This document shows positions 20,338-30,004 of a DNA stretch of 64,000 nucleotides, in pieces. Made by a program: the position numbers and the translations under genes. The stretch is taken from assembly GCA_934746645.1 (NCBI GenBank), contig CAKVFE010000002.1, positions 220,880 to 284,879 of the forward strand, in the 5' to 3' direction. Below the pieces are notes generated by a model. It did no database searches. It saw nothing but the letters and a program-made list of their open reading frames with translations, and was not told the DNA's origin. The stretch is from an uncultured Clostridia bacterium. GTDB lineage: Bacteria; Bacillota; Clostridia; Christensenellales; UBA1242. The first letter of the stretch is position 1. Every line of letters starts with the position of its first letter.

Positions 20338-21501
20338 TTAAATATCTCTTGTGTTTATTATTTCTTCTTGACTAATTGCGTCATTAATCAATTCTTCAAT
20401 ATCCAATCTTATTTCTTCTTTTTTTACTTTATCAATTTTAGGTTTAATAATTGGATGTTCTGGTAAAAATACTGTACAACAATCTTCATAAGGAAGTATT
20501 GAAGTTTCATAAGTATTTATTTTTCTACTAATAGCTATTATATCTTCCTTATCCATAGCAATACAAGGTCTTAGCACTGGCAAATCTTCAATAACAGCAT
20601 TTGTAACAGTCATACTTTCTATTGTTTGAGATGCTACTTGTGCTAAGCTTTCACCAGTTACGATAGCTTTTAAGCCATTAGCTTTTGCTATTCTTTCGCT
20701 TATACGCATCATAATTCTACGCATCAAAGTTATCATATATTCTGGTTTACAACGCTTATGTATTTCTTCTTGGATTTTGGTAAATGGAATAACATGTAAA
20801 GTTATATTACCAGTGTATTCACTAATAATTTTTGCCAAAGAAATAACTTTGTTTTTTGCCAATTCGCTTGTGTATGGAAAACTATGAAAATGTATTGCGT
20901 GCAATGGCATACCTCTTTTGCTTATTAGATAACCAGCAACTGGGCTATCTATACCACCTGATAATAGCAACAATCCACCACCACTACTACCAACTGGCAT
21001 ACCACCAACACATTTAATAATTTCACTATAAATATATGTATTTAAATCTTCCCTAATTTCTATAGAAACTGTCATCTCAGGATTAGCTAAATCCACTTTA
21101 AGTTCTGGATTTTTATTTAATATATATTCTCCCATCAAAGCTGAAAAATCAATTGATTTAATTGGAAACAACTTATCAGCTCTTTTTACATTTACTTTAA
21201 ATGTTTTACAATTATAATCAATACTATCCAAACATTCTTCAATATTGGTTTGGTTAGTTTTTACAACATAACAAGGACTTAAAGAATATACACCAAATAC
21301 ATGAGATATCTTTTCAATTATTTCTTGTTCATATATTTCATCATAGTCTTTAACTATATATCTTCCCGAAATTTTATGTAGTTTTAAAGTAAACTTATTT
21401 AACGCTTCCAAAATATTATGTATAAGCATATTTTCAAATACATATTTATTTTTTCCTTTTAAAAATAGTTCACCAAATCTAATTAATATTGCTCTTTCCA
21501 T
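20338..21501 (-). CDS. thiI: tRNA 4-thiouridine synthase ThiI
   Basis: N-terminal IRFGELFLKGKN (ferredoxin-like/THUMP domain), PP-loop LLSGGIDSPVA. Confidence 0.93.
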   Translation of the reverse strand: MERAILIRFGELFLKGKNKYVFENMLIHNILEALNKFTLKLHKISGRYIVKDYDEIYEQEIIEKISHVFGVYSLSPCYVVKTNQTNIEECLDSIDYNCKTFKVNVKRADKLFPIKSIDFSALMGEYILNKNPELKVDLANPEMTVSIEIREDLNTYIYSEIIKCVGGMPVGSSGGGLLLLSGGIDSPVAGYLISKRGMPLHAIHFHSFPYTSELAKNKVISLAKIISEYTGNITLHVIPFTKIQEEIHKRCKPEYMITLMRRIMMRISERIAKANGLKAIVTGESLAQVASQTIESMTVTNAVIEDLPVLRPCIAMDKEDIIAISRKINTYETSILPYEDCCTVFLPEHPIIKPKIDKVKKEEIRLDIEELINDAISQEEIINTRDI

Positions 21502-21508
21502 ATATAAC

Positions 21509-22642
21509 CTACTTTAGTATTTTTAAATATCTTGTACAAGTTGTTTTTATAACTTTAGCTGCTTGTACAACTTCTTCTTCTGTATTAAATTCGCCAAAAC
21601 TTACTCTTACTGAACCTTTTATAATATCACTTGGAACACCCATAGCTTCTAGTATACGATTACCACTTTTTTTACTAGAACAAGCAGAACCATTACTTAT
21701 AAGCACACCTTCACTTTCAGCCATATGTAAAGTTGTTTCTGCTTTTACATTAGGTATAGCAAATGAAAGTATATATGGCGAACATTGGTCTGTAGAAATA
21801 ATCTTGTAATTATAAAAATCTGAAGTTAACTCGTTAATAAACAAATTCTTTAAATGCAAAACATGATTATAGTTATCATTCAATCTTTTTACTGCAATTT
21901 CCATAGCAACTTTAAATGCAGATATACCACAACTATTTTCTGTGCCACTTCTTAAACCAAATTCTTGTCCACCACCAAATACTAATGGTTTTAAGTTGAT
22001 TCTATCTTTTACATATAAAGCACCAACACCTTTTGGTCCGTGTATTTTATGGGCACTCATTGTATACATATCTACACCCAAATCACTTATATTAACAGGT
22101 ATTTTACCTAAAGCTTGTACCCCATCACTATGGAATATAATGTTTTTATTTTCTCTTTTTGCAATTCTTACCAATTTTTTAATATCATTTATAGCACCTG
22201 TTTCATTGCAAACATGCATAATTGATACAAATGATGCACCAACGATTTTAGATTTAAAATCTTCTTCATCTACTACACCATCTTTAGTAAGTTTAACAAA
22301 TTCAACATCATAACCTTTTGATTGTAGTTCTTTAGCCACATTAAACACAGATGGATGTTCGGCATAAGAAAATAATAGTTTACCCATATTTTTTCTTAAT
22401 ACACCATTAATTGCCATATTGTTAGCTTCGGTAGCACCGGAAGTAAAATATATTTTATCAAAAGAACTTGCACCAAGCATTTTCAACATCTCTGCTCTAG
22501 TTTTATTGATATCCATTGCTATATCCGAACCTGCTCCATACAAAGAAGATGGATTGTAATAACAATCCTTACTATACTTATTGTATTCTTCTAATGCTTC
22601 ATCATAAATTCTAGTTGTACTTGCGTTATCTAAAAAAATCAT
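21509..22642 (-). CDS. Cysteine desulfurase (NifS/IscS class V aminotransferase)
   Basis: PLP-Lys motif SAHKIHGPKG, active-site Cys SNGSACSS. Start taken at MIFLDNAST (RBS aaaggataagg); the ORF track extends to 22675. Confidence 0.9.
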   Translation of the reverse strand: MIFLDNASTTRIYDEALEEYNKYSKDCYYNPSSLYGAGSDIAMDINKTRAEMLKMLGASSFDKIYFTSGATEANNMAINGVLRKNMGKLLFSYAEHPSVFNVAKELQSKGYDVEFVKLTKDGVVDEEDFKSKIVGASFVSIMHVCNETGAINDIKKLVRIAKRENKNIIFHSDGVQALGKIPVNISDLGVDMYTMSAHKIHGPKGVGALYVKDRINLKPLVFGGGQEFGLRSGTENSCGISAFKVAMEIAVKRLNDNYNHVLHLKNLFINELTSDFYNYKIISTDQCSPYILSFAIPNVKAETTLHMAESEGVLISNGSACSSKKSGNRILEAMGVPSDIIKGSVRVSFGEFNTEEEVVQAAKVIKTTCTRYLKILK

Positions 22643-22704
22643 TGCCTTATCCTTTTTACTAGATAATTCTATCACAGTATTAAGAATTTAACAATGAATT
22701 TTTT

Positions 22705-23376
22705 TTAATATGGAACAAAGTTTAACAATGTGTCTAATGTGTCCGAATAAAGATATACTTCTGGGACTTGTCCAACAATAATACTTTCAGATATTAATAC
22801 TTGTCTTGAAGTATTATATTTGGTACTCAACAATGGTAATACTATACCAACATTGGCAGAAATGTTAAGATAAATTTTGTGGTTTGTTTGGTTGATACCT
22901 GCAGTTTCAAATTGAGATAAAAACGAACAATTAACTGCACCTATAGGATTAACCTTTAATTTTACTTTTGGACCTCTACCAACAAAAAATGGAATACCAG
23001 TAAACGAACCTAAAGGTATACTTATTCCAGCTCGTCCATATTCTTCAATTTTATTTTCTGTTGTTTGAGCCAAATCTTTACTTAAATTATTTATTTCCAA
23101 CGAATTGGCTTGTATCATACTAATATTGCCCAATTCATCAGTAATAATATTAACCAAATCTTCATAAACTATCGAATTGATTACTACATCAGCTATAGCA
23201 CTATTCATAGCTTTTGTGGCAAGAGCTTTTGACTTTAATTCGACAGTATCGGAAATAATTGTATTTATACTATTTTTAAAAATTAGTAGTCCGGACACAA
23301 TAATTGTAACAATTATTAATAAAGCAATAATCTTCTTTTTATGCTTTTTTATTTTTATGCACAAAGATTTTATCAT
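22705..23376 (-). CDS. yunB: Sporulation protein YunB
   Basis: N-terminal TM. C-terminal pattern IPLGSFTGIPFFVGRGPKVKLKVNPIG...AGINQTNHKIY...IVGQVPEVY is characteristic of YunB. Confidence 0.8.
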   Translation of the reverse strand: MIKSLCIKIKKHKKKIIALLIIVTIIVSGLLIFKNSINTIISDTVELKSKALATKAMNSAIADVVINSIVYEDLVNIITDELGNISMIQANSLEINNLSKDLAQTTENKIEEYGRAGISIPLGSFTGIPFFVGRGPKVKLKVNPIGAVNCSFLSQFETAGINQTNHKIYLNISANVGIVLPLLSTKYNTSRQVLISESIIVGQVPEVYLYSDTLDTLLNFVPY

Positions 23377-23417
23377 ATAAAAATATATGATTTTACATTA
23401 ATTTTTATAACATAATA

Positions 23418-23789
23418 CTAATATTTTTTGGTTCTACTATTAAATATAAGAGCGAAAATAAACGCAGAAACAACTGCACAAGTTATACCAGCCGCCGTAG
23501 CAGTAAGCCCACCTGCAAATGCTCCTAAAAAGCCCATTTCTTTAACGCCTCTAATTGCACCTTTAGCAAGTGACCTACCAAATCCAGTTATAGGAACAGT
23601 TGCTCCTGCTTTAGCAAAGTTGGCGATAGGCTCATAAAGCCCTACAGCTTCCAATACAGCTCCAATACAAACAAACAATACAAGTATTCTAGAACTGGTT
23701 ATTTTGGTCTTTATAATCAATATTTGACCAAGCATACATATAAGCCCACCTATTGCAAACACTTTTAAATAAGTTAAAAACATTTCCAT
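23418..23789 (-). CDS. spoVAE: Stage V sporulation protein AE (SpoVAEB-type)
   Basis: SpoVAC/SpoVAEB family membrane protein (AGATVPITGFG). Third gene of the spoVAC-D-E operon. Confidence 0.85.
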   Translation of the reverse strand: MEMFLTYLKVFAIGGLICMLGQILIIKTKITSSRILVLFVCIGAVLEAVGLYEPIANFAKAGATVPITGFGRSLAKGAIRGVKEMGFLGAFAGGLTATAAGITCAVVSAFIFALIFNSRTKKY

Positions 23790-23801
23790 ACAATTAATTA
23801 C

Positions 23802-24827
23802 CTATCTTTCATTATTTTCTTTTTCAATAACTACAGCATGACAAACTCCTGGGATACTATCACCTTGTTGACTACTCAAAGTACTTAGTAACGCTCCAGT
23901 AGCTGCAAACAAGACATTTTTGTATACACCTTCGTCTAATTTTTTTATGATATAAGAATTTAGAACAGATGCACTACAACCACAGCCACTACCACCTTGA
24001 AAAGATTTTTGACTATTGCTAAATATCATCTGCCCACAATCATTATAATTTTTACCGAGTTTATAACCATTATGTTCCATTAAATCCATCAAAATCTCAG
24101 AGCCTAGTTTACCCAGATCACCCGTAACAATAAGGTCATAATCATCAGGATAAGTCTTTGTATCTTGAAAATGGCTAATAAGCGTACTCATAGCCGAAGG
24201 TGCCATTGCAGCACCCATATTATTGACATCTTTTATTCCATAATCTGTGACTTTACCTAAAGTAGCTTTAGTTATAGAATGTCCTGATTTTCCAAGACTT
24301 AATACTGTACTTCCAGCACCAGTTACAGTCCATTGGCTAGTTGGTGGTCTTTGGTTGCCCAATTCCAACGGAAATCTATATTGTCTTTCAGCAGTAGAAA
24401 AATGCGTACCTGTAGCACACACAACATTGTTTCTATATCCACCATCTACAAATGTTGCACCTATAGCCAAACTCTCAGCCATAGTACTACACGCCCCATA
24501 AACACCTAAAAATGGTCTATCAAAATGCCTTGCAGTAAAAGATGTGCTTATTATTTGATTAAGCAAATCCCCACCAACAATCAAATCAATATCGTTTAAA
24601 TCTAATTTTGCTACTTTAATTGAATTATCAATGACAAATTCGAGCATTTTTCTTTCTGCGTGCTCAAATGATTTTTCGCCAAACAAATCAACTTTCATTA
24701 TGTGATGATAATAGTCTTTAAATGGTCCATTACCCTCTTTTTCTCCAACTATAGAATAGTGTCCTATAATTTTTGGCTTATTATTAAAAATTATAGTTTG
24801 ATCTCCAACTTTATTTTTCATATACAC
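23802..24827 (-). CDS. spoVAD: Stage V sporulation protein AD
   Basis: About 340 aa thiolase-like protein. N-terminus GDQTIIF...IVGEKEGNGPF is typical of SpoVAD. Flanked by spoVAC and spoVAE. Confidence 0.9.
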   Translation of the reverse strand: MYMKNKVGDQTIIFNNKPKIIGHYSIVGEKEGNGPFKDYYHHIMKVDLFGEKSFEHAERKMLEFVIDNSIKVAKLDLNDIDLIVGGDLLNQIISTSFTARHFDRPFLGVYGACSTMAESLAIGATFVDGGYRNNVVCATGTHFSTAERQYRFPLELGNQRPPTSQWTVTGAGSTVLSLGKSGHSITKATLGKVTDYGIKDVNNMGAAMAPSAMSTLISHFQDTKTYPDDYDLIVTGDLGKLGSEILMDLMEHNGYKLGKNYNDCGQMIFSNSQKSFQGGSGCGCSASVLNSYIIKKLDEGVYKNVLFAATGALLSTLSSQQGDSIPGVCHAVVIEKENNER

Positions 24828-24830
24828 CTT

Positions 24831-25286
24831 TTAAAAAAACAAATATATTATTCCAGTAATAAAACTTATCACTAAACCACAAACAATAACAGGACCAGCA
24901 ACAGTAAACATTTTTACACACAAGCCAAATATGATTCCTTCTTTCTTAAATTCCATAGCTGGACTTGTAATGGAGTTTGAAAACCCTGTTATTGGAACTA
25001 TTGAACCAGCACCAGCAAAAACTCCAATACGGTCATATACCCCCAATCCTGTTAAAAAACTTGCTAAAAATATTAGTATAATTAGCATCCATGTAGAAGC
25101 CTCTTCTTGCCCCATTGTAGGGAAAATTGCCATTAAAGAATCACTTATTCCTTGTCCAATACAGCATATTATTCCACCCACAATAAAAGCATATATTAGT
25201 GTTGGAAAATCTTTTGTTTTAGGTATTTTTGATTCAACATATACATTGTATTGTTCATCTCTAGTTAAATGCTTTTCTTTCTTCAT
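24831..25286 (-). CDS. spoVAC: Stage V sporulation protein AC
   Basis: 151 aa from MKKEKHL (RBS aaggtgag). Motif GAGSIVPITGFSNS. The ORF-track start at 25376 is probably too far upstream. Confidence 0.88.
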   Translation of the reverse strand: MKKEKHLTRDEQYNVYVESKIPKTKDFPTLIYAFIVGGIICCIGQGISDSLMAIFPTMGQEEASTWMLIILIFLASFLTGLGVYDRIGVFAGAGSIVPITGFSNSITSPAMEFKKEGIIFGLCVKMFTVAGPVIVCGLVISFITGIIYLFF

Positions 25287-25400
25287 ATTACTCACCTTAA
25301 TAAAATTGTTTACCATAAAATTTATTTTTAAACTAAAAATTGTGTTTGAATAAATATTTTCAATAAAATTAAACAAACTAATACTAATTATGGAGGAATT

Positions 25401-27374
25401 ATGAAAAAGTCTAGCATTTTATTAACAACTGCTTTGTGTGGAAGTTTTTTATTTTTAGGTTGTACCAATACAACACCAACAGCTAACATATCTAAGAGTT
25501 TGGAACACAATTTAACTGTTCTAACAAATACTATTAATAGATTGGATACGATAGATAATTCCTATTTATCCAATCCTGATATTTATCCAATAACAACTAC
25601 TGTCAATGCTCCAGCCCCTGATTCTAATCATCATTTATTAGCAAAAATAGATTTTGATGATATGTATAAATCTAATCACAAAAATAAAATTTGTATTTCT
25701 AACTTAAATTTAAATAATAACATTGATAGTTATAAAACTAAAAATATAAAAAATGAAAACAGAAACACTATCAACAACTATACCCTTGAACCAGTAAAAT
25801 ACAGTCCAAGATATAATAAGTATCAATCAGAAAATGAAAATTATCTTGATAGTTATATTGGTAAAGTTAGAAATTTATATGCAATAACTAATGATGCAAT
25901 GGAAGCAAATACCACTTTTAATAACTGTAAAACTAATGTTTTAAGTTATTGTGAAGAAATAAAACAACTCAACTATGCCATAGAAGATGGTTATTTTGTC
26001 CCAAGCAATCAACAAATAGCTGCGTTAAATAACTATATTGACGACATAAAAATCACTATAAAACGAATAAAAAAATGTAATGGTGATTTAACAGATGAAG
26101 TTAATACTATTAATAAAGGCGATTCTAATGGAATTACCACTGGAATTGATGTAATAAACAGTAATTATATTAGTGTTCTTAATCACCTAGATACTCGTAT
26201 AACATATTTAAAAAATGCTCTAGTTACACTAGAACAAATCAAAGATATTTTGATTGAAACTCAAAAATTATCAGTAGACAATAACACCAATATTGATACG
26301 ATTGTTGATGACGAAAACAATAACTCAAATAATGATGTAAACACATCAGATGATAACAACTCACAACTTATCAATAATTCCGAAAATGTTGATAATCAAG
26401 GCGAAAACCAATTAAATGATCTAGATAATATAGATACAAATAATAGTGATAATAACGCTAATAATAACGACTTATTAACTGATGAAATAGAAAATAAAGT
26501 TGATGTTAACGAAAACAATATTACAGACAAACAAGAAGTTGTAAATGACACCAATTTAAACAATAGCAATATAAATGATAATAACAATGTAAATGGTGAA
26601 AATTTAGACGATGAAACATCAAATATCGAAACAACTAAAAATACTTACACAGAAACGGAAACTAAAGAAAAGAAAGGAACAAATATTGACACTTACCTAA
26701 ATACAAACAATAACTTAGACACATACAAAAATAACAATAATATAGAAAACAATTGTGATGATTGTAACAATTTAAACAACCAAGCAAACTGTGAAAATAA
26801 TAATCAAAATGACAACATTAATTTAAATAATAACAATTTGGGAAATTGTGAAAACAATAATATCCCTTACAATAACAACTTTAATGGAACAAATAATAAT
26901 ATACCAAACAATTCAAACATTAATGGCAATTTAAACACTATACCACTACCAAACGATGTAGACAGAATCAATGCTCCCAATGGTACATTTCAAAATGGTA
27001 TAATAACTCAAAATAATTTAAATAATGGCGTTAATAATGGCGTAAATGGTAATCATACTGGTATGGGAAGTAGCAATAACTACCCTTATGTAAATGGTGA
27101 TTTAAATCGAACAAATAAAAATATTGATACCTATGGATATAATACTATGATAGATATGCTTAATCGTGGAACTGTAAATAATGGTATCAATACATTAGAA
27201 TTAAAAGAAAGTGTTAATACAAAGCCAGCTATGGTTAACAATGAAAGCGAACTTACAACTGAACAAATAGAACTTACCAACGCTGACAAACAAGAAGAAA
27301 AAATAGCAGAATCAGATTATAATTTAAATGAAAAATTGAATAATAATGAAGATTATTCTGTAGAATTATTATAG
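25401..27374 (+). CDS. Asn-rich lipoprotein of unknown function
   Basis: Signal peptide with lipobox (LFLGC). RBS ggagg. The C-terminal 350 aa or so are extreme N/D low complexity. Confidence 0.7.
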   Translation: MKKSSILLTTALCGSFLFLGCTNTTPTANISKSLEHNLTVLTNTINRLDTIDNSYLSNPDIYPITTTVNAPAPDSNHHLLAKIDFDDMYKSNHKNKICISNLNLNNNIDSYKTKNIKNENRNTINNYTLEPVKYSPRYNKYQSENENYLDSYIGKVRNLYAITNDAMEANTTFNNCKTNVLSYCEEIKQLNYAIEDGYFVPSNQQIAALNNYIDDIKITIKRIKKCNGDLTDEVNTINKGDSNGITTGIDVINSNYISVLNHLDTRITYLKNALVTLEQIKDILIETQKLSVDNNTNIDTIVDDENNNSNNDVNTSDDNNSQLINNSENVDNQGENQLNDLDNIDTNNSDNNANNNDLLTDEIENKVDVNENNITDKQEVVNDTNLNNSNINDNNNVNGENLDDETSNIETTKNTYTETETKEKKGTNIDTYLNTNNNLDTYKNNNNIENNCDDCNNLNNQANCENNNQNDNINLNNNNLGNCENNNIPYNNNFNGTNNNIPNNSNINGNLNTIPLPNDVDRINAPNGTFQNGIITQNNLNNGVNNGVNGNHTGMGSSNNYPYVNGDLNRTNKNIDTYGYNTMIDMLNRGTVNNGINTLELKESVNTKPAMVNNESELTTEQIELTNADKQEEKIAESDYNLNEKLNNNEDYSVELL

Positions 27375-27388
27375 TACTATTCAAAATA

Positions 27389-27418
27389 TAAAAAAGTACG
27401 CATTTGCGTACTTTTTTG
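27389..27418. terminator. Bidirectional terminator between the Asn-rich lipoprotein gene and sigF
   Basis: aaaaaagtacgc-attt-gcgtactttttt. Confidence 0.85.
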
Positions 27419-27434
27419 TTAGTTTGCATAATAC

Positions 27435-28169
27435 CTAATTTACACCAGACATTTTACCCTTTATCTCATTTAAAATTTTATTCTCTAATCTACTAACTTG
27501 AACTTGGCTTACACCCAATATATCAGCAATTTCTCTTTGTGTTTTATCACGAAAATATCTTAAAATTATTATCTTTTTATCTCTAGGTTCTAGTTTTTTA
27601 AGAATATCAAAAAGTAAAAAATAATCCATTTGTTTGTCTATAGGTTTATCATCAGGAATTTTTTCAATTAACATTTGTGTTTTATCTTCACCTTCACCAC
27701 CTACTTGTGTATATAATGATAGTGGTTGAACACTGCTTTCCATAGCAAAAACTGTTTCTTGTGCTGTTATGTTAAAATGCTCTGCTATTACGCTTATTTC
27801 TGGTGATTTATAGTTAGTTGACATATAATCTTCAATAAACTTATTTATTTGAATACTGAGCTGTTTAACACTTCTAGACACTTTTATAAATCCATTATCT
27901 CTAAGATATCGTTTTATTTCGCCAGCTATCATAGGTACAGCATAAGTTGAAAATTTTACATTAAAATCCTTATTAAAATTTTGTATTGCTTTTAAAAAAC
28001 CCATACTTCCTATCTGATAAAGATCTTCATATTCGACACCTTTATTTTTATATCTCTTAACAATACTTTTTATTAATGGAGAGTTTTCATTAATTAGTTT
28101 TTCTTTTGCAGTTTTATCATCGTTTTGTGCTTTTTCTATAAGTTCTAGTGTTTCTGCAAAATCAAGCAT
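27435..28169 (-). CDS. sigF: RNA polymerase sporulation sigma factor F
   Basis: Sigma-70 regions 2-4 (DLYQIGSMGFLKAI; HTH TQREIADILGVSQVQVSRLE). Third gene of the spoIIA operon. Confidence 0.92.
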   Translation of the reverse strand: MLDFAETLELIEKAQNDDKTAKEKLINENSPLIKSIVKRYKNKGVEYEDLYQIGSMGFLKAIQNFNKDFNVKFSTYAVPMIAGEIKRYLRDNGFIKVSRSVKQLSIQINKFIEDYMSTNYKSPEISVIAEHFNITAQETVFAMESSVQPLSLYTQVGGEGEDKTQMLIEKIPDDKPIDKQMDYFLLFDILKKLEPRDKKIIILRYFRDKTQREIADILGVSQVQVSRLENKILNEIKGKMSGVN

Positions 28170-28170
28170 A

Positions 28171-28617
28171 TCAACCCCCTATTGCAATATTTTGTTCCTC
28201 CAATTTTTTGATTAAAACAACCTCAGTACCTTTATTTACTTCAGAATTGATGACTACATCATCCATAAAGCTTTCCATAACCGTAAACCCCATACCACTA
28301 CGCTCACTATCAGGTTTTGAAGTATAAAAAGGTTCTTTAGCTTTTTTAATATCAGCTATTCCAATTCCGTTATCTTTAATAGATATGTATATTTCTTTAT
28401 CAGTCAATCTAACATTAATTGTTATTGTTCCAACTTTATTAGGATAAGCGTGGACAACACAATTAGTTACAGCTTCACTAACGGCTGTTTTTATATCAGT
28501 AATTGTTTCTATTGACGGATTAATCGGTAGACAAAAAGAAGCAACACAACTTCTTGCAAAACCTTCATTTTCGCTTAAACTTAAAAATTCTATTTTTAAT
28601 TCATTACAATATGCCAT
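28171..28617 (-). CDS. spoIIAB: Anti-sigma F factor SpoIIAB (serine kinase)
   Basis: GHKL kinase motifs (EAVTNCVVHAY, DNGIGI, GMGF). Start at MAYCNEL with RBS aaggaggg. Confidence 0.92.
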   Translation of the reverse strand: MAYCNELKIEFLSLSENEGFARSCVASFCLPINPSIETITDIKTAVSEAVTNCVVHAYPNKVGTITINVRLTDKEIYISIKDNGIGIADIKKAKEPFYTSKPDSERSGMGFTVMESFMDDVVINSEVNKGTEVVLIKKLEEQNIAIGG

Positions 28618-28627
28618 AATACCCTCC

Positions 28628-28936
28628 TTAACTAATTTTTGGCATAATTTCATATAGACCTGTCATTTTAAATATTTTTTCTATATGATTATTAGGATTA
28701 CAAATATAGATTGGTATATTGCTACTTTTCATTCGCTTATATCTACCAATTAACACACCGATACCAGTACTATCCATAAATTCTAGTTCGGACAAATCAA
28801 TTATTACTTGATTAAAGTTGGACATATCAAATAAATGATCTAAAGTATTACGAGTATATGTAGCAGAATACTCGTCTAATTCACCAATTAACATAATATA
28901 TATTGTATTGTTATAAACACGACTTTTAATATTCAT
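28628..28936 (-). CDS. spoIIAA: Anti-anti-sigma F factor SpoIIAA (STAS domain)
   Basis: 102 aa STAS protein with the phosphorylatable Ser context (FMDSTGIGVLIG). First gene of the spoIIA operon. Confidence 0.9.
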   Translation of the reverse strand: MNIKSRVYNNTIYIMLIGELDEYSATYTRNTLDHLFDMSNFNQVIIDLSELEFMDSTGIGVLIGRYKRMKSSNIPIYICNPNNHIEKIFKMTGLYEIMPKIS

Positions 28937-29126
28937 TAGTTATCTCCTTTCATAAGATATTTAATTGTAACAAATTAGACATTAAATATTTCAAGAATGT
29001 TTGTAGAATTAAGTCTTAATTTTTACTTTTTTACACATAATATTTCTTAATAACAGATTAAATAAATTTAAAAAATAATATTAAAAAAATATAATAAAAA
29101 ATTAATAAAAATTTTGATAATTTTTA

Positions 29127-29155
29127 TTGACAAATGCCTGTAGTTAGTGTAAACT
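29127..29155 (+). promoter_or_regulatory. Sigma-A promoter of the six-tRNA operon
   Basis: TTGACA (29127-29132), 17 nt, TAAACT (29150-29155), preceded by an extremely A/T-rich UP-like tract. Confidence 0.65.
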
Positions 29156-29188
29156 TTTACTGTCAGCAATTGAGATAATGACATTTAT

Positions 29189-29266
29189 CGGGGTGTGGCT
29201 CAGTTTGGCTAGAGCACTTGATTTGGGATCAAGGGGTCGGGAGTTCGAATCTCTTCACCCCGACCA
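29189..29266 (+). tRNA. trnP: tRNA-Pro (anticodon TGG)
   Basis: Acceptor CGGGGTG/CACCCCG, anticodon stem CTTGA/TCAAG with loop TTTGGGA, T-loop TTCGAAT, CCA encoded. Confidence 0.9.
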
Positions 29267-29290
29267 TTATTATTGAAATTGTTGCAGATT

Positions 29291-29367
29291 GGGCCTTTAG
29301 CTCAGTTGGTTAGAGCGACCGGCTCATAACCGGTTGGTCCGGGGTTCGAGTCCCTGAAGGCCCACCA
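29291..29367 (+). tRNA. tRNA with CAT anticodon, probably tRNA-Ile2 (lysidine type), alternatively elongator Met
   Basis: Loop CTCATAA. Not an initiator (G1-C72 paired, no GGG/CCC anticodon stem). The GGGCCTTTAGCTCAG...AGGCCCACCA body resembles tRNA-Ile, with C4 and C5 in the acceptor stem. Confidence 0.85.
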
Positions 29368-29396
29368 ATTATTTTTCTTTAAATTATATTTTATAT

Positions 29397-29473
29397 GGCC
29401 CGGTAGTTCAGTTGGTTAGAACGCTAGCCTGTCACGCTAGAGGTCGAGAGTTCGAATCTCTTCCGGGTCGCCA
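29397..29473 (+). tRNA. trnD: tRNA-Asp (anticodon GTC)
   Basis: Acceptor GGCCCGG/CCGGGTC, anticodon loop CTGTCAC, T-loop TTCGAAT, CCA encoded. Confidence 0.9.
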
Positions 29474-29531
29474 TTATTATAGGTTAAAGAAAAGTATATT
29501 ACTTCCCTAACCTGTAATATAATTATTATGT

Positions 29532-29607
<76 letters not shown>

Positions 29608-29636
29608 TAATATTCTATATAACTTCCCTTAATTAC

Positions 29637-29712
29637 GCTGGTGTAGCTCAACTGGCAGAGCAGCTGATTTGTAATCAGCAGGTTGTAGGTTCGATTCCTA
29701 TCACCAGCTCCA
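29637..29712 (+). tRNA. trnT: tRNA-Thr (anticodon TGT)
   Basis: Acceptor GCTGGTG/CACCAGC, anticodon stem GCTGA/TCAGC with loop TTTGTAA, CCA encoded. Confidence 0.9.
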
Positions 29713-29723
29713 TTTTTAGTTAT

Positions 29724-29808
29724 GGGCAAGTTCCAGAGTGGCCAAATGGAGCAGACTGTAAATCTGTTGTCTCTGACTTCGGTGGTTCGAATCCATCCTT
29801 GCCCACCA
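29724..29808 (+). tRNA. trnY: tRNA-Tyr (anticodon GTA), long variable arm
   Basis: Acceptor GGGCAAG/CTTGCCC, loop CTGTAAA, long variable arm, T-loop TTCGAAT, CCA encoded. Confidence 0.9.
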
Positions 29809-29820
29809 CTAAAACAAATG

Positions 29821-29849
29821 ATACTTGATATTAATCAAGTATTTTTTTT
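29821..29849 (+). terminator. Terminator of the tRNA operon
   Basis: atacttgat-atta-atcaagtat followed by a T8 run. Confidence 0.85.
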
Positions 29850-29966
29850 ATTAAATTTCACTATACTTCCCTTTATTATTTATAACTAATATAAATAATA
29901 TATTTTAATACTACAACCAACAGATTAAATTTATATTAATTATATTTTAAGTTTATATCTAAATCT

Positions 29967-30003
29967 AAAAAAAGAAGCAATTATTGGATTGCTTCTTTTT
30001 TAT
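29967..30003 (-). terminator. Terminator of the LtaS-family gene (bidirectional shape)
   Basis: agaagcaat/attgcttct flanked by A6 and T6 runs. Confidence 0.8.
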
Positions 30004-30004
30004 T

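Noticed and set aside
26280-27100. Asn-rich tract as eukaryotic (Plasmodium/Dictyostelium-like) contamination or assembly artefact
   Set aside because: The tract is in frame within a gene that has a bacterial lipoprotein signal, an RBS and an intrinsic terminator, and it is embedded in bacterial sporulation operons.
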